A stretch of DNA of 64,000 nt, from assembly GCA_965197925.1 (NCBI GenBank), contig CBDAOC010000020.1, positions 256,001 through 320,000 of the forward strand, read 5' to 3'. Shown here in pieces: positions 22,875 to 34,753 of this stretch. This DNA comes from Nitrososphaerales archaeon. GTDB taxonomy: Archaea; Thermoproteota; Nitrososphaeria; Nitrososphaerales; UBA213. The notes beneath the pieces are model-generated. The model ran no database searches. It was not told the origin of the DNA and saw nothing but the letters and a program-made list of their open reading frames with translations. How positions within the stretch are numbered: position 1 is the first letter of the stretch; the number at the start of each line of letters is the position of its first letter. Position numbers and translations under genes: made by a program.

Positions 22875-23539
22875 TGATGAATTAAAGAGCATGGGATGGG
22901 ACTGGCAATCCATGGATAGCGTACCGAAGGCCCCATTAGGGGGAAAACGACCGGAGCAAACCCAACGGATAGAGGCAAGCTAGGTACCAAACGTCACATG
23001 CTGGTTGATAGAAGAAGTATTCCTCTCTCATCTGTAATTACTGGAGCAAATAAACACGATATGAAATCAGCCTTTCCTACAATAGATAGCATTGTTGTTG
23101 ATAGGCCCAAAGTTAAACAGAACATATGCATGAATAGGATATGATTTCCCTGAGATAGAGTATGGAGTTAGGAAGGGGATACGTGGATCACATTCGTCAT
23201 AAGGGTGAAGTGTTGAAAAAGAATTTGTACAAAGCAAAGAGATGGGTTGTAGAAAGAACCGCATCTTGGCATAACAGGTTCAGAAAGTTATTGGTAAGGT
23301 TCGAGAAGAGAGAGGAAAATTATCAGGCGCTAGTAGAATTTGCTAACTGTCTAATAGTATACAGAGCAATTCACTGGTAAGCTCATATGATTTTGGAATT
23401 ACTATAGCATAGGCTTTCTACAAAATTGATAAAATCACACCCAGGAAGAGATGTATATATTTATTTTCCATCATTCCGATTTAATTATTGCTGGTATGAG
23501 CAGCGTACAATCTATGGAATAGGATTTTCGGATAGGCTC
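22875..23539 (+). mobile_element. 3' half of ISc
   Basis: Near-identical to the reverse complement of 677-1200; TIR ATTTTCGGATAGGCTC ends at 23539. Confidence 0.88.
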
Positions 23540-23767
23540 TAAATTGCCAATCCCATAAATTTTACCATTTATCTCTATAATTGATGTTTGCTTTTCTTGA
23601 AAGTCGTATAGATATTTGGCTTGAATGCATAATGAGGAATAGGAGTACTTTGGAAAAGGGTACAATCCTGTGTTAACGTTAGGGGGGAAGAACTAGGAGT
23701 GCAATATCATAATATGACTGCTATAAACCAAAAATAATTTTTATTCCCTTAATCCTATTCTATTACA

Positions 23768-24112
23768 TTGGATGTGCTAGACTATTTGAAAAACGTATTC
23801 AATGTGTTTGGGGTGAGCAGTGAGGCTAAGAGGAAGTTTGTGGAATGGTATGTAGAGTCAGGGAACAGATACGCTTCGCTGGAAAGAGTCATACATGAAG
23901 CTGCAATAACCGACCGTAAGGTCAGGCGACTTTTTGATGAACTTGTGAATGCTAAGGTAATGGAAGAAAACGTCGATGAAAACACCAGGACACCGGTGCC
24001 GGATATCTTCGAAGATCCAACTCATGGTATCATTAATACTCCTGGCTACCGCTTCGAAACCAAATATTTTGAGATATTAATGAAAGATGAAATGCTGGCA
24101 AAGATTTTGTAG
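23768..24112 (+). CDS. hypothetical protein
   Basis: 114-aa ORF only. Confidence 0.45.
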   Translation: MDVLDYLKNVFNVFGVSSEAKRKFVEWYVESGNRYASLERVIHEAAITDRKVRRLFDELVNAKVMEENVDENTRTPVPDIFEDPTHGIINTPGYRFETKYFEILMKDEMLAKIL

Positions 24113-24558
24113 ATACAAAACAAAGTATCGATAATTTCTATAATCAAACTTTCTGCAATTACTTGCGTTAGTTAAAATAGCATTAAGGAAGTGGATAAAG
24201 AAGAAGGATTTCCTAGAAACTAATGAAGAGAATATTAGGTTGAAACCAAATGCTGTAAAACTATTGTTGACCGAACTTGGAAAACTTCTTGGAATTAGGG
24301 TTATGTATAAGAGCAAAAAGTGTCGGTGGTCTAGCATAATCGAGATGAAGACTAGAGAATTGATGATGCACATCGACGAAAGATTAGACCCTGTTAATTT
24401 TGATGAGCCAAGATCAAACATAGTTGAAGGGAAGTGGTTCTTGAGGATTTAATTTATCGATTCAAGTCTATTTAATACGTAAATGGTCCAAAGAATGGAA
24501 GAAAAAATATGAGAATTAACACATAATGAATTAGGTCTGATAAGGATTAGAATGGAGT

Positions 24559-24978
24559 CTAATTCAACTGAGTTTTGTTCTCAAAATATTCTTTTGTATG
24601 TGTTCTAAACAGATACCATAACATAATACTATATGTCACTAGTCCTGGAATTACAAAACCAATAAGATAAAATGCTATTCCAGCCACTGCACTACCTATG
24701 GCTAGTTTTCTGCCTAATGGTTTTGCTGATAATAATCCAATTATTGCTAGGGCATCTATAACGATACTTAAAATTGTTAGTTCAAGTACTCTATCATTAA
24801 ATTTCAAAATTGTATATTCTTGTTGAAAAGCTAGTAGTGAATCCACATCGAATAAACTTGTATACAATTCTGGTGTAGCAAAAAACACTACAAGGACGAT
24901 TGCCAATACTGCGGCATCTAAGAAAGCAATAACAACAAATACTTTAACTCCTTTAGGTCTTTTAATTTCCAAACTCAT
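24559..24978 (-). CDS. membrane protein
   Basis: KRPKGV N-terminus and four hydrophobic helices. Confidence 0.7.
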   Translation of the reverse strand: MSLEIKRPKGVKVFVVIAFLDAAVLAIVLVVFFATPELYTSLFDVDSLLAFQQEYTILKFNDRVLELTILSIVIDALAIIGLLSAKPLGRKLAIGSAVAGIAFYLIGFVIPGLVTYSIMLWYLFRTHTKEYFENKTQLN

Positions 24979-25027
24979 AACAGTTCACTTATCTTTATGA
25001 TGCTAAAGATTGGGATAATAAAAAATT

Positions 25028-25410
25028 CTACACTTTCCTCGCTAAAATCCACTGAACCGCATTTTTCTCCTCCCAGATTTTGGTTTCCAGAATTCTGAAA
25101 TTTCGGCTAGACACAAGAGATTCCAAATCAGCAACCGTCAAGTCGAGAATCATTGGTGCCAACCCTACTGTAACGGTAAACTTGATCAGAGACCTAATGA
25201 TCCAATTTTGTTCGACAAGACAGGATGTTTCTGAAATTAGCAATCCGCCTGGAGCCAATAAATCATGCAATCGATCCAAAACCTCGGGCGCATCATCTAG
25301 CAAGTGAAAAATGTTAAATGCCATAATGGCTGAAAAAGAATGGCTAGCTAAGCGCTAGTCAAATACGTCAATTTGACTGAAACTGACGTTGTCTATCTGA
25401 GGTTCTCTAT
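25028..25410 (-). pseudogene. class I SAM-dependent methyltransferase, 5'-truncated at an IS
   Basis: FSAIMAFNIFHLL..LAPGGLLISET motif; the N-terminal motif I is missing. Confidence 0.7.
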
Positions 25411-25421
25411 TTTTATATATT

Positions 25422-26470
25422 AGACCTATTGAGTAATTAGGAATCATAACTACCTTAACCTCAGCCAGATACTCACTCTTCATAACATTATTCCTTTACT
25501 TCGCATTATTCTGAAGTTCACCAAACCAGAAACTATGTCGGAAGCATGATTGTAGCGTTTTAACCTATTCCTGAACCTTGTTCCCATTATATTGAACTTC
25601 TTTACTTTGCTTATTGCATGCTCAACCACAAACCTCTTCCTTGCAAGCCTTCTATTCTGCTTTCTTTCCTTCTTCGATAGCTTTCTCTTTCTTCTCTTCT
25701 TTACTGGTAGAACACACCTCATGTCAGGAAAGTCATTCTGGACTCCCTTGTATCCCAGATCGAAATGATTCTCAACCTATGAGAGTTATGGGATGCTTCT
25801 CCTTATAGATGGAATAATCGTGCTTCGCCCCCCTCTCATGACCTGTCTTATGGAGTAACAGGCCATTACCATTCACCATGTACTGGATCTTCACAGTATG
25901 CCTCTTCCTCTTGCCCGAGTAGTAGCACTTCCTTCTCATCTTATTCTTAGGCCTGGGTATCTCCTGCTCTGTAGCATCGATGAATGTCCTAAAACCAGGA
26001 AAGTATAGCTCAACCTCTTCCATGGTTCTGGCTCTTCTTGACATCCTATACAGTTTCTTTGGAAGTGGAATGCACTTCTTTACGAGAGATTCCAGCATAT
26101 GTATATCTCTATACACATTGCTCTGGTCAAGGTCAAAGAGAAAGCCGGAGAGCGTGTATGTTATGTATAGCCTGTAATAGACCAGAAGCATCAAGAACCT
26201 GTCCTTTAGCTCAAGTTTGAATTTCCTTCCGGCACCGATATCTCTTTTTCTCCTTTTGGACACGCGTCTTCTTTCATACTCATACTTTGATGCTATCTCC
26301 CTGTAGATGGCATCGAATTCTGCCACTTCCTGTCCGGTGAATGATTTGAATAACGATGGCTTCTTGGAGAGGCGTGTATAGTTCAGCGATGGCATGTATC
26401 CCATAGATACAAGCCCTGATCTGATCGTTTCGATTCAGGCTACAGAATTGTCTAATTACGCAATAGGTCT
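25422..26470 (-). mobile_element. IS5-family, ISL2-like element with a frameshifted transposase (25480-26404)
   Basis: TIR AGACCTATTG(A/C)GTAATTAG; ATT target duplication at 25419-21 and 26471-73; FIDATEQEIPRP, YSGKRKRHTVK and RFVVEHAI motifs. Confidence 0.9.
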
Positions 26471-26554
26471 ATTATATAATCAATAATATAGAAAATCTTC
26501 CTACATCTTCTATACTACCCTAAATAGGAGGTATAGTTTTTTTAAGATTATAAA

Positions 26555-27541
26555 ATGATCCACAAATTCTACTCAGCAGTAGGAGTATTGGCAATATTGG
26601 GAATGGTTGTTGCTGGCATTCCTATGAAGGAGATAGAAGGAGGGTTCGGTGGTACTACTTTTATTAGGATAACACCAAGAGGAGGCTTGGGACCTGCAGA
26701 AATAGACTTTCTACCTGCAGGAGAAAATCAAATGCTTACCCGTGGTTCTTGGGATAGGTCCGATGGTTTATGTATTTTAGTTGACGAACTTCCTACGGGT
26801 GTAGAATTGATAACTGTAGGTATTCCTGTTGCAGGCGAAGATTTTAGCTGGGAACCTGATGAAACCTTTGGGCCAGATGATTGTGATTCTATTCCACCCG
26901 GTTCAAATATCATATCTCTAGACGCGGAAGGTGAAGTTGATGGGGAGCCTGTCATCAATTTTGGTCTTACAACTTTCTTCGCAACTACTGAAGACGTTGG
27001 CGAACTAGCTCCAAATTATGTAAGGGTAATTCCAGATTCTAGTGGAGGAATCTTTCTTTGATATCTTTTTTGATATAGTCGAGGATGAGAATCCAACAAC
27101 AATTGATGACGTGTTTTTAGATGTGGGAGAGCCATGTACCTTCCCCGACTTGAGAGGGGTTACACTTCCTAATAGTACATTAGATATATTAGATGCGCCT
27201 GGAGGCTTTGAGAATTTCGTGGAAGCCGAATGTGAAATAACGAATCCCTCTGATGAACCAATTGGTGGTTTTGTTGGACTTTTTGGAACGACAACTATTG
27301 ATGATAATGGTGATGTTCCTAAAGCTGCAGTGCCTATGGGCAATGCTCCTCCTGCTCCTGGAGTGCCAATAGGAATCTTTCCCTCATTCCATGGAATAAG
27401 CTTCCAAATACTTCCTGGAGAGGGTATGGACCTTCGTTGCCATAATGAAATGCCTACTATCTTAGGGACTAATGAAAACGATATGTTGATGGGAACAAGT
27501 GAAGCTGATATAATTCATGGTTTGGGTGGTAATGATACAAT
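26555..27541 (+). pseudogene. secreted acidic protein with RTX/hemolysin-type Ca-binding repeats; frameshifted and truncated by ISa
   Basis: Signal peptide; overlapping ORFs 26555-27061 and 27042-27548; ends GTNENDMLMGTSEADIIHGLGGNDTI at the IS boundary. Confidence 0.7.
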
Positions 27542-28419
27542 CAACTGATCCCAAAACTGATCATTTAGTGAATAATTGACGATCATTTGGATCTATTTGC
27601 AATGCTGCCCGTAGCAGATCATGAAATTTCAGGAGATAACAGATGAACAATGGAAGATGATATCACCGCATCTCCCCAAGCCAGCCAGAACCGGAAGGCC
27701 AAGGGCAGACGACAGAAAGACAGTCAACGGAATCCTGTTTGTCGGGATAACAGGATGCAGGTGGACTGGGATGTCACAAAGGTACGGCTCCAAATCAACT
27801 GCGCACCGCAGACTGCAGAACTGGCAGCGACGTGGAATATGGAAGAATATCCTCTCCGCTGCAGTCAAATCAGCCCACAGATCAGGCAAGATGCAGCTGC
27901 AAAAAACGGTCGATTCGTCATCAGTTCCGGCCAAAAAAGGGGAAGCGTCATAGGATACAACGGATTCAACAGGATTTCAGGCACAAAAATACACGTTGCG
28001 GTGGAACAAAACGGACTGCCAGTCTCAGTAGTAATGTCCTGCAAATCAGCATGACTCTGCAAGATTTGTAGACGTGATGGATGGCATCTCACAATATCTG
28101 GATGAGAGATCTATCAGAAAAATTGCGCGGTGCCAAGCAGACAAGGGCTATGATGCAGAATTCATCAGGAAATACCTCACCAAAAGAAAAATCTCTGACT
28201 GCATGCCTTACAGAAAAAACAGTAAGACACAACAACAAAATGATAATACAGAACAATACCTATACGGCAAGACGCGCTATGTTGTGGAGAGATTCTTTGC
28301 CTGGTTGAAGAATGGGTTCCACAGAACCAGGATCAGATATGAGAAGAATGCACAAAACTATCTGGCATTTGTTATCATTTCGTCGATTATGATGTATTGG
28401 AGAGTATTGGGATGACTTC
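27542..28419 (+). mobile_element. ISa copy 2 (defective)
   Basis: 878 bp; nearly identical to copy 1. Confidence 0.92.
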
Positions 28420-28646
28420 AGTATTATCTGGAATAAATTTCATCTCCTCGATGCAATCCATGCCGTAAATTTTATTAAATTCTAACTCCATATGCCAATA
28501 CATCATAAGTTATGATCTATAATGATTTTGCGGTTAGAAAAGAATCATCGACGGCTTTTTTTATTTTTCATTTAACATCAATTCTCTTTTTTGGATAAAC
28601 AGTTTCATCCTGATATCCCTAGACTGGTCATTTTCGATCTATACAG

Positions 28647-29391
28647 ATGTATCCAATCTGATGCATTCAATAGCATGTATCCAATCTGATGCATTCAATA
28701 GCATGTATCCAATCTGATGCATTCAATAGCATGTATCCAATCTGATGCATTCAATAGCATGTATCCAATCTGATGCATTCAATAGCATGTATCCAATCTG
28801 ATGCATTCAATAGCATGTATCCAATCTGATGCATTCAATGTATCCAATCTGATGCATTTAGCATGTATCCAATCTGATGCATTCAATAGCATGTATCCAA
28901 TCTGATGCATTCAATGAGCATGTATCCAATCTGATGCATTCAATAGCATGTATCCAATCTGATGCATTCAATAGCATGTATCCAATCTGATGCATTCAAT
29001 AGCAGACCGTGCTGAATCTCAATCTGATGCATTCAATAGCATGTATCCAATCTGATGCATTCAATAGCACCCGTAGTAACTTACACATCTGATGCATTCA
29101 ATAGCATGTATCCAATCTGATGCATTCAAGAATATACATTCAATCATCATGTATCCATCTGATGCTTCAATCTGATGATACAATAGCATGTATCCAATCT
29201 GATGCATTCATGTATCCAATCTGATGCATTCAATAGCAATCTGATGCATTCAATAGCATGTATCCAATCTGCCTGATGCATTCAATAGCATGTATCCAAT
29301 CTGATGCATTCAATAGCATGTATCCAATCTGATGCATTCAATAGCATGTATCAATCTGATGCATTCAATAGCATGTATCCAATCTGATGCA
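28647..29391. repeat. tandem array of the 28-bp unit ATGTATCCAATCTGATGCATTCAATAGC (~26 units)
   Basis: Six perfect units followed by degenerate ones; the unit is a dimer of related 14-mers. Confidence 0.95.
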
Positions 29392-29517
29392 CAATTCATG
29401 GGCAACAATCACTTCATTCACAGTGAAGCCTTTACTAGAATTAATCAAAGCCCTTCTAGCAGACCGTGCTGAATCTCAATATTATTCTCCCCACCCGTAG
29501 TAACTTACACAAGAAAA

Positions 29518-30591
29518 TTATTTCTCAAGAATATACTCATCCACTTCGATACCAAAATGCCTTCCCTTCGTACTCTTGGAATGTGTAATTATACTATTCC
29601 CCTTCTTTACTTCCGTAACGGGAATCAGTTTGCCGCTGCTTCCAACAAACCTTATAGTTTCTGCCTTCTGCACTATTATGCTTCCAAATTCATTATCAGA
29701 AACAGCTTTGATTAGGCGCATAGGCCTTGTTTCCACCTTCGACCTACCGACGGTAGCCCTCCTAGCCCTACCCTTGGTATCAACAATAAATACTTCATCA
29801 CCTGCTTCCACTTCAGATAGATACCTGGTGTTACCATCAGGCATCAATGTATAACAATGAACTGCTCCAGCATTTACCCTGAATGGTCTTGGAGATGTAA
29901 ATGCCGAGCCCACCGATTCGTTATGAATTAGAAACATGAAATTGGATCTACTGCCAATCAACATTCCCTCACCCCTGTTAAGCATAGAAGCTGTATCAAT
30001 ACATACTCTCTCACCAATACCAACATCCTTGACCTCCACAACTTTTGCAGCCCTTAGAGGGAAGGATACACTGTCGAGATATACCATTGAACTCTTTATT
30101 GCATCATAATTGGAAGTGGAAAGAATCACACCATCAACGCCCAACTGCAAAACGCTGAACATGGTTCTCACCTCATCTGCACTATTTGCCAATGTGTATA
30201 CTTTGGTGTTGGTTTTCTGTAGCTTCGCGATTATATTTTCTAGTGGAATTATCTTCCAGGTTTTGGCGCTAACAATAACAAAGTCAGCACCGTTGTAGGC
30301 TGCCTGTAGTATAGTGTCCTCATCCTTTTTTCCTGTTACCTTAATGTAAAAGCCTGCAAATTTCCCTTGCTTCTTTACATTCTTTATTCCATTCAATTCC
30401 TTGCATACAATGGAATCTGCATCATCCGAAGTATGTATAACATTGAATCCGTTTCTGAACCTTCCAACAATCCTCGGATCTGCATAAATATTCTTTATCC
30501 CCCCCTTCTTAAGCTGTGAAAGGAATGAACTTAATGACTTGCTTGGAACATTAGGACTTACTATTAGTTCCTTACTTTTTATCAATTTCAA
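29518..30591 (-). CDS. aroB': 3-dehydroquinate synthase II
   Basis: WKIIPLENIIA, GERVCIDT, RPFRVNAGAVH, GRSKVETRP and GRHFG motifs. Confidence 0.93.
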   Translation of the reverse strand: MKLIKSKELIVSPNVPSKSLSSFLSQLKKGGIKNIYADPRIVGRFRNGFNVIHTSDDADSIVCKELNGIKNVKKQGKFAGFYIKVTGKKDEDTILQAAYNGADFVIVSAKTWKIIPLENIIAKLQKTNTKVYTLANSADEVRTMFSVLQLGVDGVILSTSNYDAIKSSMVYLDSVSFPLRAAKVVEVKDVGIGERVCIDTASMLNRGEGMLIGSRSNFMFLIHNESVGSAFTSPRPFRVNAGAVHCYTLMPDGNTRYLSEVEAGDEVFIVDTKGRARRATVGRSKVETRPMRLIKAVSDNEFGSIIVQKAETIRFVGSSGKLIPVTEVKKGNSIITHSKSTKGRHFGIEVDEYILEK

Positions 30592-31366
30592 CCAAGGCCT
30601 CCTTCACTGTCTGCTTTTTGAATATCACTTTTGCAAGCGCTCGACACATTCCCCCTGGATTCTTGTGTTGGAAGATATTCCTCCCAAATGTAACACCTAT
30701 TGCGCCGGCTTCCATAGCCCCATACGTCATTTCCAAAACCTCCTTGTCATTCTTAGCTTTAGGACCACCAGCAATAACAATGGGAACTGGGCATCCCTTT
30801 ATCACCCGCTTGAACGAATCGGGGTCACCCGTATAAACGGTTTTGACAATGTCAGCACCGGCCTCTGCACCTATTCTGGCAGCATGAGCAACAATTTCCG
30901 GATCATGGGGATTCTTAATATTTTCACCCCTAGGATACATCATCGCTATGAACGGCATAAACCACTCATCACACTGATCGGCCACCTGTCCCAACGTAAC
31001 CAACATCTCAGGTTCTTCCTTTGCACCTATATTGATATGAACCGAAACACCATCAGCACCCAATCTAACAGCTTCAACGACCGTTCCCGTCAATACCTTC
31101 TTGTTCGGCGCTGGTCCTAAGCTTGTGCTACCAGAAAAATGAACAATAACTCCAACACTAGTTGGTCTGGGCATGCTCCTAACGATGCCCTTGTTAACCA
31201 GAACCGATGTTAGTCCTTTGTTTTCGCATTGATAGATCATACTATGGACATCGATGATGCCAGGTATAGGCCCGTTGCTGATTCCATGATCCATAGGTAT
31301 ACATAACATCTTCCCGTTTCTTAGGATCCTGTTGAGCCTAACGTCTCTCCCGAATACCAATGGCAT
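30572..31366 (-). CDS. aroA': 2-amino-3,7-dideoxy-D-threo-hept-6-ulosonate synthase (class I aldolase fold)
   Basis: PMDHG, MMYPRG, GADIVKT.YTG, AGGPK and GRNIFQ motifs; adjacent to aroB'. Confidence 0.9.
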   Translation of the reverse strand: MPLVFGRDVRLNRILRNGKMLCIPMDHGISNGPIPGIIDVHSMIYQCENKGLTSVLVNKGIVRSMPRPTSVGVIVHFSGSTSLGPAPNKKVLTGTVVEAVRLGADGVSVHINIGAKEEPEMLVTLGQVADQCDEWFMPFIAMMYPRGENIKNPHDPEIVAHAARIGAEAGADIVKTVYTGDPDSFKRVIKGCPVPIVIAGGPKAKNDKEVLEMTYGAMEAGAIGVTFGRNIFQHKNPGGMCRALAKVIFKKQTVKEALVEIDKK

Positions 31367-31509
31367 AACAAATTCAGTACCCTACTTAAAAGTATGACCG
31401 ATTATTGTTCAAATCACATTCTCACTTTAAATATTCAGAAGAGAACTAAAAAGATTCACCTAGAAAAGGTATACCTTGACAATCAGAGGTTTATACTTAC
31501 CTGTATTTC

Positions 31510-32387
31510 CAACTGATCCCAAAACTGATCATTTAGTGAATAATTGACGATCATTTGGATCTATTTGCAATGCTGCCCGTAGCAGATCATGAAATTTCAG
31601 GAGATAACAGGTGAACAATGGAAGATGATATCACCGCATCTCCCCAAGCCAGCCAGAACCGGAAGGCCAAGGGCAGACGACAGAAAGACAGTCAACGGAA
31701 TCCTGTTTGTCGGGATAACAGGATGCAGGTGGACTGGGATGTCACAAAGGTACGGCTCCAAATCAACTGCGCACCGCAGACTGCAGAACTGGCAGCGACG
31801 TGGAATATGGAAGAATATCCTCTCCGCTGCAGTCAAATCAGCCCACAGATCAGGCAAGATGCAGCTGCAAAAAACGGTCGATTCGTCATCAGTTCCGGCC
31901 AAAAAAGGGGAAGCGTCATAGGATACAACGGATTCAACAGGATTTCAGGCACAAAAATACACGTTGCGGTGGAACAAAACGGACTGCCAGTCTCAGTAGT
32001 AATGTCCTGCAAATCAGCATGACTCTGCAAGATTTGTAGACGTGATGGATGGCATCTCACAATATCTGGATGAGAGATCTATCAGAAAAATTGCGCGGTG
32101 CCAAGCAGACAAGGGCTATGATGCAGAATTCATCAGGAAATACCTCACCAAAAGAAAAATCTCTGACTGCATGCCTTACAGAAAAAACAGTAAGACACAA
32201 CAACAAAATGATAATACAGAACAATACCTATACGGCAAGACGCGCTATGTTGTGGAGAGATTCTTTGCCTGGTTGAAGAATGGGTTCCACAGAACCAGGA
32301 TCAGATATGAGAAGAATGCACAAAACTATCTGGCATTTGTTATCATTTCGTCGATTATGATGTATTGGAGAGTATTGGGATGACTTC
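31510..32387 (+). mobile_element. ISa copy 3 (defective)
   Basis: 878 bp; same ORFs and deletions as copy 1, inverted relative to it. Confidence 0.92.
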
Positions 32388-32723
32388 AGAATCAATTTCA
32401 GACTATCTTGATGATGATTCAATACAACAGATAGAATCAGTTTATGCAGACAAAGGGCATGATGCAAAATACATCAGAATGTATTTGTGGGATAGAAATA
32501 TTGCATGTTGCATCCCATACAAAATAAATTCCAAGTTCATCTTGCAAAATAATGATTACAAACATTACAACAAGACAAGATTTGTAGTTGAGAGATTCCT
32601 TGCATGGCTCAAGAATGGATTTCATAGAACAAGAACCAGGTATGAAAGAACGGCAGAAAACTACCTGGCATTTGTTAATCTTGCATCATTTTTGATGTAT
32701 TGTAGGGTTTTGAGATGAGTTGA
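32388..32723 (+). mobile_element. 3' half of ISb
   Basis: ESISDYLDD..ADKGHD..RFVVERFLAWLK..RYE; TIR GTTTTGAGATGAGTTGA. Confidence 0.88.
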
Positions 32724-33107
32724 CTCTTTAATTCATCATATATTTCCAGCAGCCTCTTCCATACCTTCTTGAATACTCCTATCCCAATCCATTCCTGAAA
32801 TCTTGCATGGCAAGTTGAACCAGAACCAAATTCTTTCGATACCTTCTTCCACTGGCATCCAGTTCTTAATACGTACAGTATTCCATTCAACACTTTTCTA
32901 AATGGTACAACTGGTCTTCCAACTGTTCTTGCTGGTTTCTCTGGTGGCAACACTAGTTTGAACTCTACCCATAGATTGTCTGGTATATGCCATATGGTCG
33001 GCATGCTCTTTTTCTTTGATTTTCTCACAAATTTAGCTAGAGAGGACAGATCTAGATCTGTTTCGGTATAAACAATTAGGCTATGATGTTAATTTTCGGA
33101 TAAGCTC
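32724..33107 (-). mobile_element. 5' half of ISc
   Basis: Matches 1180-1565; ORF MRKSKKKS..LEIYDELK; TIR ends at 33107. Confidence 0.88.
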
Positions 33108-33599
33108 TAATTCAGCTCATGTCAAAAAATCTTCAAGATTTAGTAAGGAAGAGAATCAATAGATTGCCTAAACTGGAACAGAATAATGAAAATAAAGAAA
33201 TCAAAGTAAATCAAATCAGTAACTACTCACTTGGACAAATAAGTAGACCTGAAGGCTCGGTCATTAAGAATCTGAGGCTGGTTAGTACGATCTAATATTC
33301 TTAAATTTCAAACTTTCTTTCTTTCATTCTGGTGAAGTATAATCGAGATGAAGACAAGAGAGTTAATGATGCACATCGACGGAAGATTAAATTATTTGAA
33401 TTGTGAAGAGCCAAGACTGAATATTCCTGAAGTGGTTCCTGTAGTAAAGTTAACTTGGGTCGCAGAAAAAACAAGCCGAAGGATAACAAGTTCTGAGATA
33501 ACATATATGTCATAAAGCTAAACCTGTCATGTCTATTATTTTTTTATTGGTTACACATTTTTCATTTTGATTGATTCCCTAGTGTAGGGAACACTGCGA

Positions 33600-33938
33600 T
33601 AGTTGATAATGTGGATTTCTAGATGATACATAGACAATGATAGGCTAGCATTATTACAGTTCTATCAATCGGAATTTGGGCAGCATGTATATTCGCAAAG
33701 AAGCATAAGCGTTGAACCATTGATAGAGCAGATAAAGGATGTATTTGATATAGACCCACTACCTGTTAGAGGATTTGATAAAGCTAGGAGCATCGTTCTG
33801 ATTTCTATATTGCTATACCAGCTGATGGTATACTACAACTACTTGACAGGAAGACCATTAAGGGCATTGAAGCACATGTTGGGAAGTTAATAGTAATAAT
33901 TTCAAAATAATATTATAATTGAATTATGCCCAAGTCTC
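33600..33938 (+). mobile_element. 3'-end remnant of ISd
   Basis: SISVEPLIEQIKDVF..RALKHMLGS plus the TIR-like end AATTATGCCCAAGTCTC; start approximate. Confidence 0.75.
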
Positions 33939-34258
33939 AGTTAAGTATGAACCCATTCCTTTCAATCATCGTAAGAATGATTTCTGAGCTGATTCTGTAC
34001 ATAACATCTTACCTTTTAGCAAATTATCTACAACTGAATTATTCTCAAGATTCTCGATAAGCACGTCCGTACGATGACACATACATTAGTAATAGTGAAG
34101 ATAAGGCCGACGTTCTTTTTTTGTCCCCATCTAATAGAAAGAAGCAAGAATATAGATAATAAAAAAGAGTCACCTGATTGTTTGTACAACCTTTCCAAAA
34201 CATGAGAATTAGCTACATTTGGTCAGATATAACGTACAATTAAATCCGTTGTGTTTGG

Positions 34259-34753
34259 CTAATCAATTGCTTTCCTGTAGAACTGGGAGGGATTGATTAT
34301 TCTTAGCTCCTTGTAGCCATCCTTTTCCAAAACACCAATATCGTTTGTAATAATATAGTCTGCCTTTCCAGAAATGGCGCATTCAACTAGTCTATTATCC
34401 CCAGCATCCCTACAGACGTCTATTCTCACCTCTGGCTCAACCTTTTCTGCATTTTTGAAGAACTCTCCCACAATGGTATCGAACTCCCGACGGGTGGGTA
34501 TTTTGAAAACCACGGTCTCAATCTCCTCCTTAACATCAGTGGAATAGAGGGCCTTGAACCTTCCTTCGATGCAGTCACTTATGAGACGCATCGATCTACT
34601 ACGAGTATTGAATTTGGCAGCAATAAACAGGTTGGTATCAACCACTATTCTGAGCTGCGTTTGACCTGGAGATCTCCGTTCTTCCTTACTCTGATCCATC
34701 TTCAGACAAAAGTCATTCATAACACTATTTCTGGTTTTGCCGAGTTCTGTCAT
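34259..34753 (-). CDS. PIN-domain (VapC-like) putative toxin
   Basis: IVVDTNLFIAA and CRDAGDNRLVECA...ADYIITND motifs. Confidence 0.85.
   Translation of the reverse strand: MTELGKTRNSVMNDFCLKMDQSKEERRSPGQTQLRIVVDTNLFIAAKFNTRSRSMRLISDCIEGRFKALYSTDVKEEIETVVFKIPTRREFDTIVGEFFKNAEKVEPEVRIDVCRDAGDNRLVECAISGKADYIITNDIGVLEKDGYKELRIINPSQFYRKAID

Noticed and set aside
21449..28420. apparent 3-bp TCA/TGA target duplications around ISa copies 1 and 2
   Set aside because: These bases recur at most copies and at ISb, so they are more likely part of the termini; copy 1 also has flanks from different loci.
28647..29391. CRISPR array
   Set aside because: Units are head-to-tail without regular unique spacers, the few inserts copy the adjacent flank, and no cas genes are in the window.
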